Shown here one piece after another: positions 13,554 through 23,097 of a stretch of 64,000 nucleotides of DNA; position 1 is the first letter of the stretch; every line of letters begins with the position of its first letter. Made by a program: the position numbers and the translations under genes. The stretch comes from Chloroflexota bacterium (GTDB lineage Bacteria > Chloroflexota > UBA11872 > VXOZ01), in contig CAXXVD010000004.1 of the NCBI GenBank assembly GCA_963662335.2, positions 203,366 through 267,365 on the forward strand, read 5' to 3'. Under the pieces are notes generated by a model. That model saw nothing but the letters and a program-made list of their open reading frames with translations, was not told the origin of the DNA and searched no databases.

Positions 13554-15557
13554 ATGGCAAAAGACACTATCGCAGACCGCGGCAGCGCAGCGACACTGGC
13601 CACCGACGGCCCGCCTTTGCCTGAGGGCGCATCGGCCGCCATCCCCACAAACGACTATACCGCCGCCGACATCCAGGTGCTCGAGGGCTTGGAGCCGGTG
13701 CGCACCCGCCCGGGCATGTTCATCGGCAGCACCGACGCGCGCGGGCTGCATCACCTTGTCTACGAGGTAGTGGACAACAGCGTTGACGAGGCGCTGGCCG
13801 GCCTCTGCGACCGCATTCGCGTCACAATCCACGCCGACAGCAGCGTCACGGTGGAGGACAACGGCCGCGGCATTCCGGTGGACGTGCACGAGAAGACCGG
13901 CGTCTCGGCTCTGGAGACAGTGCTCACCCGGCTGCACGCCGGCGGCAAGTTCGGCGGCAAGAGCTACAAGGTCTCCGGCGGCCTCCACGGCGTCGGCGTC
14001 TCTATCGTCAACGCCCTTTCCCAGTGGCTGACGGCGACGGTCTACCAGGCCCCCAGCGAGTACCAACAGGAGTACCGCAACGGCGCGCCCGTGGGCCAGG
14101 TCGAGCGCGTCGGCAATACCGAGCGCAACGGCACCACCATCCGGTTTCTGCCCGATAGCGCGATCATGGAAACTCTGGACTACGACTTCAACACCCTGGC
14201 GCAGCGTTTCCGTGAAGTGGCGTATCTTTGCCCGGCGCTGCGCATCGAGTTCCGCGACGAGCGCGCGGGGCGCGAGTTGACGTTCTACTTCGAGAGCGGC
14301 ATCCGCGCCTTCGTCCACCAGATGAACCGCCGCAAGACCGTCATCAATAGCGAGGAGATCTTCTTTTCCGGCGCCGGAGAAGCTGCCAACGGCGCGGAAT
14401 CACTGCAACTTGAAGCGGCGCTGCAATATACCCAGAGCTTCGACGAACGGATCTACGCTTTCGCCAATACCATCAACAACGTTGACGGCGGCACGCACCT
14501 CACCGGTTTTCGCTCAGCCCTGACGCGCACGCTCAACGACTACGCGCGCAAGCAGAACCTCATCAAGGAGAAAGACCTCTCACTCACGGGCGACGACGTG
14601 CGCACCGGCTTGACTGCGGTGATCAGCGTACGGCTCATGAATCCCCAGTTCGAAGGCCAGACCAAGGCCAAATTGGGCAATTCCGAAGTGCGGGGCTTCG
14701 TCGAATCGACGGTCAACGAAAAGCTGGGCCAGTACCTGGAAGAGCATCCGAGTGAAGCCAAGTCGATAATCGAGAAATGCCTGAATACCGCCCGCGCCCG
14801 CGTGGCCGCCCAAAAGGCGCGCGACATGGTGACGCGCAAGGGCTACCTGGACGTCTCAACGCTGCCCGGCAAACTGGCCGACTGCTCCGAGCGGAGCATG
14901 GAGAACGCCGAGATTTTCATCGTGGAGGGCGATTCTGCCGGCGGCAACGCCAAGCAGGGACGCGAGCGGCGCTTCCAGGCGATTCTGCCGCTGCGGGGCA
15001 AGATCCTCAATGCCGAGCGCACCAACCTGGACCGCATGCTCTCCAATGCGGAGATCCGCGCCTTGGTGACGGCGCTGGGCACGAGCATCGGCGAGACCTT
15101 CGACATCGCCAAGTTGCGTTACGGCAAGATCATCATCATGACCGACGCCGACGTGGACGGCGCGCACATCCGCACGCTGCTGCTCACCTTCTTCTTCCGC
15201 TACATGCGCGACATCATCACCAACCGGCGCCTCTACATCGCCCAAGCGCCGCTCTACCGCGTGGCCCGCAACCGGGACGTCCACTACGCCTGGGACGACG
15301 CGGAGCGCGACCGCATTCTCAAGCAGTTCAACCGGACGAACGTCGCCATCCAGCGCTACAAGGGTCTCGGTGAAATGAACGCCGATCAGCTTTGGGAGAC
15401 GACCATGGATCCGGCGCGCCGCAAGCTCCTCCACGTCATGCTGGAAGACGAGGCGGCCGTGAGTGGGGTGTTCGACCGCCTCATGGGGGATGACCCGCAG
15501 GCGCGCAAACGCTTCATCCAAGCCCATGCCAAGGAAGTACAACATCTCGACGTATGA
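13554..15557 (+). CDS. gyrB: Type IIA topoisomerase subunit B (GyrB-like; ParE not excluded)
   Basis: EVVDNSVDE, DNGRGIP, SGGLHGVG, VEGDSAGG, PLRGKILN, MTDADVDG, YKGLGEM. Confidence 0.9.
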   Translation: MAKDTIADRGSAATLATDGPPLPEGASAAIPTNDYTAADIQVLEGLEPVRTRPGMFIGSTDARGLHHLVYEVVDNSVDEALAGLCDRIRVTIHADSSVTVEDNGRGIPVDVHEKTGVSALETVLTRLHAGGKFGGKSYKVSGGLHGVGVSIVNALSQWLTATVYQAPSEYQQEYRNGAPVGQVERVGNTERNGTTIRFLPDSAIMETLDYDFNTLAQRFREVAYLCPALRIEFRDERAGRELTFYFESGIRAFVHQMNRRKTVINSEEIFFSGAGEAANGAESLQLEAALQYTQSFDERIYAFANTINNVDGGTHLTGFRSALTRTLNDYARKQNLIKEKDLSLTGDDVRTGLTAVISVRLMNPQFEGQTKAKLGNSEVRGFVESTVNEKLGQYLEEHPSEAKSIIEKCLNTARARVAAQKARDMVTRKGYLDVSTLPGKLADCSERSMENAEIFIVEGDSAGGNAKQGRERRFQAILPLRGKILNAERTNLDRMLSNAEIRALVTALGTSIGETFDIAKLRYGKIIIMTDADVDGAHIRTLLLTFFFRYMRDIITNRRLYIAQAPLYRVARNRDVHYAWDDAERDRILKQFNRTNVAIQRYKGLGEMNADQLWETTMDPARRKLLHVMLEDEAAVSGVFDRLMGDDPQARKRFIQAHAKEVQHLDV

Positions 15558-15701
15558 GCGTTCATGCCGTATACTGAGTCACATGGGGCGACTTAGCGGC
15601 GCCCGGTGGTGACCGAAAAGGTCACGGCGCGCTGCTGAGAGCTTGACACACGACCGCAAGGATTCAAAGATGCATCCTTAAGGCAATGGAGCCGCGTCGC
15701 C

Positions 15702-17015
15702 ATGAACATTTGCCCTGACAACACGCAGTTCGTCGTGCTCAGTTTCGAAGGGCCCGACCGCTACGCGCAAGCCGGCGGCCTGGGAACGCGCGTTACGGAA
15801 CTCTCGCGCGCCCTCGCGCAGGCCGGCTTTGCCACCCACCTGATCTTCGTCGGCGATCCCAATCTGCCCGGCGTGGAGTCGCGGGAAGACGGCAACCTCC
15901 GCCTCTACCGCTGGTGCCAATGGATTAGCCAAGCGCATCCCAGCGGCGCGTACGAGGCCGAATGGGAAAAGCTGGCGGACTATGGCAACAGCGTTCCCTG
16001 GTTCGTTACGGACCGCATCGTGCGCCCGGCCGCCGACCAAGGCAAGCTCACCGTCATCATGGCGGAAGAGTGGCACACGGCCGACACCCTGGCGCGGCTG
16101 AGCGACTCCCTCCACTTCAACGGCCTGCGCCAACAAGCCGTGCTGCTGTGGAACGCGAATAACGAGTTTGGCTTCGGCCACGTCGACCTGCCGCGCCTCG
16201 GCTTCGTTGCCACCACTACCACCGTGAGCCGGTTCATGAAGCACCGCCTCTGGGACTGGGGCCTCAACCCGCTGGTGCTGCCCAACGGCATTCCCCGCCG
16301 TTTGCTGGATAAGGTGCCGCAGCGGCCGGTCACAAAGCTGCGCAAGGGCCTGGACGCCGACTTTCTGCTGCTCAAGATGGGCCGGTTCGATCCGGACAAG
16401 CGCTGGTTCCAAGCCATAGAGGCGGCGGCGCACCTGAAGCACGCCGGCCACCGGGTGCGCCTCATCGCCCGCGGCGGACTTGAAGACCACGGCGGTGAGG
16501 TGCTGCACCGGGCGGCAGAGGTGGGCCTGGTGGTGCGCGACGTGCACAGCGACAACTCGCAACTTGATGAAGCCCTCGACGCCATGCTCGCCGCCAGCGA
16601 CGCGGACGTGCTGAACCTCCGCGATTTCGTGCCGGAGGCTTTGCAGCGGGTCTTCTACTCGGCCACCGACGCGGTATTGGCCAACAGCGGCTACGAACCG
16701 TTCGGCCTGGTGGGGCTCGAGGCCATGGCCTGCGGCGCGGTGGTGGTGACGGGCACTACCGGCGAAGACTACGCGGTGCAACTGCACAACGCCCTCTCCG
16801 TCGAGACCGACGACCCCGCGGAACTTGCCAGCTATCTGCGCCTCGTGCACGCTCAGCCCGACGTGATGCGGCAGATGCAGCGCCACGCGCGGCAGACGGC
16901 GGCGCTCTTTACCTGGGAATCAGCCATTCGCGATCTGGTGGGCAAGGTCGAATACTTGGCCGCCAAGCAGGGCCTCAGCTTCCCCAGCGCAAATGGGCTT
17001 CCCGTCCTGAACTAA
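15702..17015 (+). CDS. Glycosyltransferase family 4 (glycogen synthase-like)
   Basis: AGGLG N-terminal motif, EEWHT, EPFGLVGLEAMACG. Confidence 0.85.
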   Translation: MNICPDNTQFVVLSFEGPDRYAQAGGLGTRVTELSRALAQAGFATHLIFVGDPNLPGVESREDGNLRLYRWCQWISQAHPSGAYEAEWEKLADYGNSVPWFVTDRIVRPAADQGKLTVIMAEEWHTADTLARLSDSLHFNGLRQQAVLLWNANNEFGFGHVDLPRLGFVATTTTVSRFMKHRLWDWGLNPLVLPNGIPRRLLDKVPQRPVTKLRKGLDADFLLLKMGRFDPDKRWFQAIEAAAHLKHAGHRVRLIARGGLEDHGGEVLHRAAEVGLVVRDVHSDNSQLDEALDAMLAASDADVLNLRDFVPEALQRVFYSATDAVLANSGYEPFGLVGLEAMACGAVVVTGTTGEDYAVQLHNALSVETDDPAELASYLRLVHAQPDVMRQMQRHARQTAALFTWESAIRDLVGKVEYLAAKQGLSFPSANGLPVLN

Positions 17016-17025
17016 GGCGGCGCAG

Positions 17026-18231
17026 ATGGCCGACAATCTTGTGATCTACGTCATTGCGCACCAACCCCGGCGGGTGCGCCTGCCGGCCAAGGTTATCCCG
17101 GCCGGCGCGGCGCCGGCAGAGATGGCGCCGCTGCTCTTCGACGAGCAGATGAACGAGCGGTACTTCCGCAAGGTGGCGCGCTACTGCTACACGCCGGCCA
17201 CGGCGCTGTGGCTGCGGCTGCTGGACGCCGGCGTCAAGCTCTGCTTTGGCATCTCGCTCTCCTTGGTGGAGCAGGCGCGGCGGTGGGATCCAACCGTGCT
17301 CGAGGGCTTCCAACGCATCGTCGCCCATCCCAACACGGAACTGATCGGCGTCGAGCCGTATCACTCCTTCCTCATGCTCATCGATCTGCCCGCTTTCACG
17401 GCGCGGATGCGCTCCATGTCCGACACCATGACCCAGCTATTCGGCAAACGGCCCCAGGTGACCGACACCACCGAGATGCTCATCTCTGAGACCATCGCCG
17501 GCGCATTGGAGACCGCCGGCTTTCGCGGCGCGCTGATGGACGGCCGGGAATGGATACTGGACTGGCGGCAGCCGACGCATCTCTACTATCACCACCCCGG
17601 CGTCAAGCTGCTGGCGCGGCACTACGAACTCAGCGATGACGTGGGCTACCGCTTTTCCCAACGTCAGTGGGCCGGCTGGCCCCTGATGGCGGACGACTAC
17701 GCCCACTGGGTGCGGAGCGCCCACGGGCCATTTGTCATGGTCGGCTGGGACTTCGAGACCTTTGGCGAGCACCAGTACTACGATAGCGGCGTCTTCGAGT
17801 TCATGGAGGCGCTGCCGCGCTACCTGAAGCGCGAAGGCGTCACGCCGGCCACGGCCACGGATGTGATCGACGCCTACGGCGGCCAAGCCTACCACCTCGC
17901 GCTGCCGCCGTTTCCCAGCACGTGGGCGGGTTCCGGCGGCTCCGAGTTCTTTCTGGGCAATGATCCGCAGCGCGCCCTCTTCCAACTCATGACCGCGTGT
18001 TACAACAAGGCAAAGCTAACCGGCAACGACGAGTTGCTAGACCTGGCCCTCTGGCTGACCCAGTCGGACAACCTGCACCTGATCAACTGGTGGGGGCGTT
18101 GGGGCTCGGAAGCGGAAGTGTCGGTCTACTTCATGCCCGACGAATGGTGGCGCCTGGGCGTGGACGGCATCATCTGGGAGCAGCAGTGCGTCTACAAGAA
18201 CTTCCTGAAGGCGCTGGACTACTACTTGTAA
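17026..18231 (+). CDS. Glycoside hydrolase family 57 (alpha-amylase-like)
   Basis: HQP motif, CY.PA, E.YHS, TEM nucleophile region, LSDDVGYRFS, DFETFGEHQ. Confidence 0.88.
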   Translation: MADNLVIYVIAHQPRRVRLPAKVIPAGAAPAEMAPLLFDEQMNERYFRKVARYCYTPATALWLRLLDAGVKLCFGISLSLVEQARRWDPTVLEGFQRIVAHPNTELIGVEPYHSFLMLIDLPAFTARMRSMSDTMTQLFGKRPQVTDTTEMLISETIAGALETAGFRGALMDGREWILDWRQPTHLYYHHPGVKLLARHYELSDDVGYRFSQRQWAGWPLMADDYAHWVRSAHGPFVMVGWDFETFGEHQYYDSGVFEFMEALPRYLKREGVTPATATDVIDAYGGQAYHLALPPFPSTWAGSGGSEFFLGNDPQRALFQLMTACYNKAKLTGNDELLDLALWLTQSDNLHLINWWGRWGSEAEVSVYFMPDEWWRLGVDGIIWEQQCVYKNFLKALDYYL

Positions 18232-18295
18232 AGGCCTCTTTGTAGATGCCTTTGCGGACCTTCCGTCACTGCCAAGAAAGTAGCGCGTCAGCCTC

Positions 18296-18367
18296 CGTCA
18301 TTCCCGCGCACGCGGGAATCCATCTTCGCCGCGCAGCCAGTGGATTCCCGCGCACGCGGGAATGACG
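18296..18367. repeat. Inverted CGTC-type REP dimer
   Basis: CGTCATTCCCGCGCACGCGGGAATCCA ... TGGATTCCCGCGCACGCGGGAATGACG between convergent genes. Confidence 0.9.
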
Positions 18368-18417
18368 AAAACCTCACGCCACTATCAATGTGATGACGAT
18401 CCGGCGGTCGCCGGCGG

Positions 18418-19878
18418 TCACAGGCTCATGCGTTCGTCCGCCCGCGCCTTCCACTTGGCGTAGTTGGGCGAGCGCAGCAATGCGCCGTCCGGTTGCGGAA
18501 CCAGTTGGCCGTTCTGCCCGCGCGGATCGCCTCGCTCCTCATTCACGCGGGCCAAGAGCGCGCGCGCCTCTTCTATGCGGCCGCGCGCCGCGGCGTTGCC
18601 GGCCAGATTGCGGCACTCCTGCGGGTCTTCCACCAGGTCGAAGAACCGTTCCTTGCCGGTGTGGTGGAACCAGGTGTACTTCTCCCGCTTGGTTGCGATG
18701 AACTGCATGCCGAATTCCCGGCCGTGCAGGTTCGTCTGTTCGCCTTGCAGGTAGTCGCGCCAGCCGGCCGTTTCACCCCGCGCCAACGGCAGCAGGCTCT
18801 TGCCGTCAACGCAATCCGGTATTTCCACCCGCGCCGCGTCCAGCACCGTCGGCATGAGGTCGCGCACCTCGATGATCTCGTCGCAGACCCCGCCGCGCTC
18901 TTCATCCCACGTGTCCGGGTACTTGATGAAGAAGGGAATGCGCGCGGAGCCGTCGTTGGAGTAGCCCTTGCGCCACAGGCAGTGGTCGCCGAGCATGTCG
19001 CCGTGGTCGGAGGTAAAGATGAACAACGTATTTCGGATCGCCTCGCGCTGCCGCCAACCGTACTCATAGAGGAACCGGCCCACCTGGTGGTCGATGAACG
19101 AGATGCTGCCGTAGTAGGCTGCCCGCGTGCGGCGCACCTGCGCCGCCGTTGCCCGCCCTCGCCAGGTCGTCGTGCTCGTGATCGGCTCATCGAACTCCGC
19201 CGCCCAATCGCCCATGGGCGGCATGGGGATGTCCGGGTTGTCCTTGTACATGTCGAAATAGACCGGCGGCGGGTCGTACGGCGCGTGCGGGCGCGTGAAC
19301 GAGAGCCACAGAAAGAAAGGACACGTGGGGTCGCGCCGCTCGACGAACTTGACTGCCTCGCTCGCGGTCCAATGGGTAGCGTGCAGGTGCTCCGGCAGGT
19401 GGCTGGGACGCGCCATCCAGCTATTCCACTCCAAGCCGTGGTCCAGGTCGCCGAACTTGCCGGCGGTCTGTTCTCGCAGCCAGGACATGTAATCGGTCCA
19501 AAGACCCCGGCCGGTGCTGTCCTGCACGGCTTCGTAGTACCCGTACAACGCCCGTCGCGGGAACTGGTCGGACTTGCCGATGCTGACAGTGTGGTACCCG
19601 GCCTTCATCAACTCACCCGCCAAGGTGGCGGGAAAGTCCAGCGCGTCGTAGCCCGCGCCGCCGCCCAAGCGACCGTGGCTCCACTGGTCCATGCCCGTCA
19701 TCATGGCGGCCCGCGACGGCAGGCAGGACGGCGAAGCGGTATAGCACCGCGTGAACTTGACGCCCCGCGACGCCAGGTCGTCGAGATACGGGGTCTCAAG
19801 CACCGGATTCGCGTAGCCGATGCAGTCTGAACGCTGCTGATCGGTGACGATAACGACGATGTTTGGGCGTTTTGGCAT
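18418..19878 (-). CDS. Cys-type (formylglycine-dependent) sulfatase
   Basis: RPNIVVIVTDQQR, SCLPSRA (CxPxR), PHAPY, SDHGDMLGDH..W.KG; ATG 19878 after AGGAG. Confidence 0.92.
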   Translation of the reverse strand: MPKRPNIVVIVTDQQRSDCIGYANPVLETPYLDDLASRGVKFTRCYTASPSCLPSRAAMMTGMDQWSHGRLGGGAGYDALDFPATLAGELMKAGYHTVSIGKSDQFPRRALYGYYEAVQDSTGRGLWTDYMSWLREQTAGKFGDLDHGLEWNSWMARPSHLPEHLHATHWTASEAVKFVERRDPTCPFFLWLSFTRPHAPYDPPPVYFDMYKDNPDIPMPPMGDWAAEFDEPITSTTTWRGRATAAQVRRTRAAYYGSISFIDHQVGRFLYEYGWRQREAIRNTLFIFTSDHGDMLGDHCLWRKGYSNDGSARIPFFIKYPDTWDEERGGVCDEIIEVRDLMPTVLDAARVEIPDCVDGKSLLPLARGETAGWRDYLQGEQTNLHGREFGMQFIATKREKYTWFHHTGKERFFDLVEDPQECRNLAGNAAARGRIEEARALLARVNEERGDPRGQNGQLVPQPDGALLRSPNYAKWKARADERMSL

Positions 19879-19975
19879 TAAGTTCGCTCCTAGGCTACTT
19901 CGTCTTTCCCGGTTACTACTATAACGAAGTGCGCTGCTACCAGCCCGACGTGGCGTTCGCCTACGGTATAGAGAA

Positions 19976-20079
19976 GCGGGGGACAAGCCCCCGCGCGACA
20001 CTGCTCTTATCGCCAAGAGGCAAGTTACGAGCCCCGCCCCCGTCCGTTCGTCCTGAGCCTGTCGAAGGATGAACGGACG
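19976..20079. repeat. GTAG-family REP (19976-19999) and a CGTCCGTTCGTCCTGAGCCTGTCGAAGGATGAACGGACG palindrome (20041-20079)
   Basis: Direct reading; first copy matches the family at 9143 in reverse orientation. Confidence 0.8.
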
Positions 20080-20125
20080 AGGGCGGGCGGCGTCTCTTCT
20101 CTTGACAGTGCGAAATGCCGCCGCA

Positions 20126-20911
20126 TCAAGCCAGCAGGAAGAGCGGGTCCTTCTCCAGAATTCGCACGCCGATTTCCAGAAACGGCTTGGCCTCGATGAG
20201 GCGCAAGGTGGAGTCGCCGATCGTGCCCACGCGCATGATGCCGTGTTCGAGACAGACGGCGTCCATCTTTTCGTACGCGCGGGGATGGTTGGGCAAGTGA
20301 GCGCGGGTCGGTACGGTGACGATGCGGCCATCCAGATCTATCACCATGGGGTAGAAGACCTCTTTGCTCAAGATCGGCGCGCCGCCGGTCTCCTCGATGG
20401 TGTGGATGGTCGTATTGCTATTCTGGCCGACGCCCAGCAAGAGCACTTTGCCGCCGCCGACGCAATTGCGGTGCCACGGCGTGCCGGGGCCGGTGGGATA
20501 GATGGCGGTTTCCGCGCCGGCCAGCAGCCAATCGCGCCGTGCGCCAATGGCGTGCAGCGTATGGCAGGCGGAAAGCGATGGCCGCGCCTCCGGCCGCTGG
20601 CGCAGCGCATTGGTGATGGCGCCCAGTTTCGACGGCGTGACCCGCAGGTCGAGGATGGGGTCGTGCTTGATGTAGTGGAAGTGGGAGCCGCCGCGCCAGA
20701 TGACCGGACTGGTCGGCACGGCAACAGTGCCGGCGTCTCCCACCGCCGCCAGCAGCGCGTCCACAACGGTATCCGCGCCGCCCTCGACGTAGCCAAAGCG
20801 CGAAAGCGACGAGTGCACGATGACCACGTCGCCCTCCGCCAGCCCAAGACTGCCCAAGCCGTCTACGAGCATGTCGTGCGTTACGTGTGGTCGGCTCTCT
20901 TCGATTGACAT
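20126..20911 (-). CDS. AAC(3)-family N-acetyltransferase
   Basis: GLAEGDVVIVHSSLS, GTVAVP, LLLGVG..SNTTIH..EE. Confidence 0.85.
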   Translation of the reverse strand: MSIEESRPHVTHDMLVDGLGSLGLAEGDVVIVHSSLSRFGYVEGGADTVVDALLAAVGDAGTVAVPTSPVIWRGGSHFHYIKHDPILDLRVTPSKLGAITNALRQRPEARPSLSACHTLHAIGARRDWLLAGAETAIYPTGPGTPWHRNCVGGGKVLLLGVGQNSNTTIHTIEETGGAPILSKEVFYPMVIDLDGRIVTVPTRAHLPNHPRAYEKMDAVCLEHGIMRVGTIGDSTLRLIEAKPFLEIGVRILEKDPLFLLA

Positions 20912-20953
20912 TGGCGGTAACTCGCTCTCTGTGTGGTGTCAGGTGAACGCCAG

Positions 20954-21114
20954 GCGGGGGACAAGCCCCCGCGCTACGCCAAGGCGCCTCGGCCGGTCAT
21001 TCCCGCGTACGTGGGAGTCCATCTTGTTCGCATGCTATGCCGGTGCGCCGGAGCGGGGGACAAGCCCCCGCGCTACCCAAATGCGACGCCATCGGGGACA
21101 AGCCCCCGCGCGAC
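20954..21114. repeat. REP cluster: three GTAG-family copies plus a degenerate CGTC-family copy
   Basis: GCGGGGGACAAGCCCCCGCGCTAC at 20954 and 21053, variant at 21093; GTCATTCCCGCGTACGTGGGAGTCCAT near 20996. Confidence 0.88.
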
Positions 21115-21132
21115 GGCGTGTGCCGCCGCGCT

Positions 21133-22155
21133 TCAAAGGTCTATCGTCTTACCGGTTTCCATCGACTCGCACACCGCCAAGCCCACGCGGAGGGCGCGCT
21201 TGCCGTCTTCGCCGGTCACGCGCGGCGGTTCGCCGCGGCGGATGCGTGCGGCAAAGTCCTGAATTGCCTCGGTGTACGCGTCTTGCGGCGGAAAGCGGTG
21301 CGCCCGCTCCTGCCCTTGCTCGTCTCTGTGCACGAATTGATTGGCTTGCACGTCGGCGATGACACCGCGAGGGCCCATTAGCTCCTCCTCCAGCGTCCGG
21401 CCCGGCGCGAAGCCCGGGGCCATGCCGCAGGAAGTCGTGATGACGCTCATGTCGCCGCTGCCGTATTCGATGAGCGCGGCGCCGGTATCGGGCGCGCCCC
21501 CGCGCTCGGCGTGGCGGCCAGTGTGCAAGCCGCCCCAGTTTGCGCCCCGCGCCGTTACGCGCACCGCTTCGCTCCGAAAGAGCCACGCCCACAGGTCGTA
21601 ATGGTCGGCAAACAAATCGAGGAAGACGTGCATGTCATGGGACGACTTCCGGCTCACCGCGTTCGCAGACACCGGCATGAGGCGATGGACGCGGTAGACG
21701 ACGGGGCGGCCGAGTTCAGCGCCGTCGAGCAGCTTGCGGATGTGGGTGAAACGCGCCTGGTAGCGCCGGGGAAAGCACGTCCCCACGGCCACTCGCTTGC
21801 CGCGCGCCGTCGCGAGCAGCGAGTCACATGCGTCCAGCGCGTGGGTGATGCCGCGTTCGCAGAAGGCGTGCTTGTGGAGATTGGTGGCGTAGATGCCCAG
21901 CGGGCCGTGCAGAGGCGAGGGCGTGCACAGCGAGACGACGTTGATGTCAGGCCGCGCGAGGACAGCGTGGTAGTCGGTGTCCACGGCGCCTATGCCAAAT
22001 TCCTGCGCCAGCTCGTGGGCGCGAACTTCGTCTACGTCAACCAGCGCAACCACTTGAGAATCGGCAACCGACTGCCAGCCTCTGATGTGCTTGCGCGCGC
22101 TGGCGCCCGCGCCAACGACGCAGGCGCGGACACGGCTAACCGGGGTAATCATCAT
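21133..22155 (-). CDS. Gfo/Idh/MocA family oxidoreductase
   Basis: VVGAG Rossmann start, VALVD, SLCTP..LH, C-terminal ESMETGKTIDL; start 22155 or 22152. Confidence 0.85.
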   Translation of the reverse strand: MMITPVSRVRACVVGAGASARKHIRGWQSVADSQVVALVDVDEVRAHELAQEFGIGAVDTDYHAVLARPDINVVSLCTPSPLHGPLGIYATNLHKHAFCERGITHALDACDSLLATARGKRVAVGTCFPRRYQARFTHIRKLLDGAELGRPVVYRVHRLMPVSANAVSRKSSHDMHVFLDLFADHYDLWAWLFRSEAVRVTARGANWGGLHTGRHAERGGAPDTGAALIEYGSGDMSVITTSCGMAPGFAPGRTLEEELMGPRGVIADVQANQFVHRDEQGQERAHRFPPQDAYTEAIQDFAARIRRGEPPRVTGEDGKRALRVGLAVCESMETGKTIDL

Positions 22156-22299
22156 ACTGCATCCAAGAAATCGAGGGGAGATGCCGGCCGCGCCGCGACG
22201 TGATGGCATGTCCCGCGACGCTCGTACCTTCAGTGTAGCGCAGATCGACGGCATAGGCGATACTAGACGGGCAAGTCGCTTGCTGTAAGGAGACAGTTC

Positions 22300-23097
22300 G
22301 TGCGGGTATACCTCAGTGTTGATATGGAAGGTCTGGCCGGGGTCGCCCTGCGCGAGCAGATTTCCCGCTACTTAGGCGGACGCCACTATCAGCAGGGGCG
22401 CAGATTGGTCATGGCGGAGGTCAACGCGGCGGTGCAGGGCGCGTTCGACGGCGGCGCGACTGCGGTCATCGTGCACGACAACCACGGCAGCAGCATGAAC
22501 CTGCAAATCGATGCGCTCTATCCCCGCGTGCACGTGTTCATGGGCAACCTGCCCTACCCGCGCTACGCGCTCCTAGAACCGGACGTGGACCTCTACTTCT
22601 GCCTGGGTTACCACGCCGCGCAGGGCGCATTGCACGCTTTTCGCGACCACACCGTGAGTTCATCGCGCTGGAGCGACGTCCGGCTCAATGGCGTCGCCAT
22701 GGGCGAACTGGGTTTGAGCGCGGCCTGCGCGGGTGTGCACGGCGTTCCCGTGGGTCTGGTGGCCGGCGACGACAAAGTCTGCGCCGAAGCCCGCGCGCTG
22801 CTGGGACCGGCAATAGAGGCGGTCACGGTAAAGACCGGACTCGGCCGCCATGCCGCCGCGCTCTTGCCCGTTGCCGCGCAGCACGCGCTCATTCGCCGGA
22901 CCGCGGCCCGGGCAGTGCGGCGCGCGCGGGAGTTCACGCCGTTCGTCGTTGCGCCGCCGTACGAACTCTGCGTGCAGTACACCTCTGCGGCGTACCTGGA
23001 CGCCCGCGCCTGCGACGGCGAGCGCCGCGTGCGGGAGGATGGCACGACGCTCTGCTTGCGGGGCGAAAATCTCATCGAACTGCTAGGCGAAATGTGA
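22300..23097 (+). CDS. M55 family metallopeptidase (D-aminopeptidase DppA-like)
   Basis: SVDMEG, HDNHG, GYHA, DHT, GELG, GDD metal-ligand pattern. Confidence 0.9.
   Translation: MRVYLSVDMEGLAGVALREQISRYLGGRHYQQGRRLVMAEVNAAVQGAFDGGATAVIVHDNHGSSMNLQIDALYPRVHVFMGNLPYPRYALLEPDVDLYFCLGYHAAQGALHAFRDHTVSSSRWSDVRLNGVAMGELGLSAACAGVHGVPVGLVAGDDKVCAEARALLGPAIEAVTVKTGLGRHAAALLPVAAQHALIRRTAARAVRRAREFTPFVVAPPYELCVQYTSAAYLDARACDGERRVREDGTTLCLRGENLIELLGEM

Noticed and set aside
15682-15701. Fluoride riboswitch (GGCAATGGAG...CGCC)
   Set aside because: Overlaps the RBS with no room for the rest of the motif; downstream gene unrelated to fluoride
19879-20331. Sulfatase N-terminal extension or AAC(3)-sulfatase fusion
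   Set aside because: Open frame runs through REP sequences by chance; good RBS and family start at 19878
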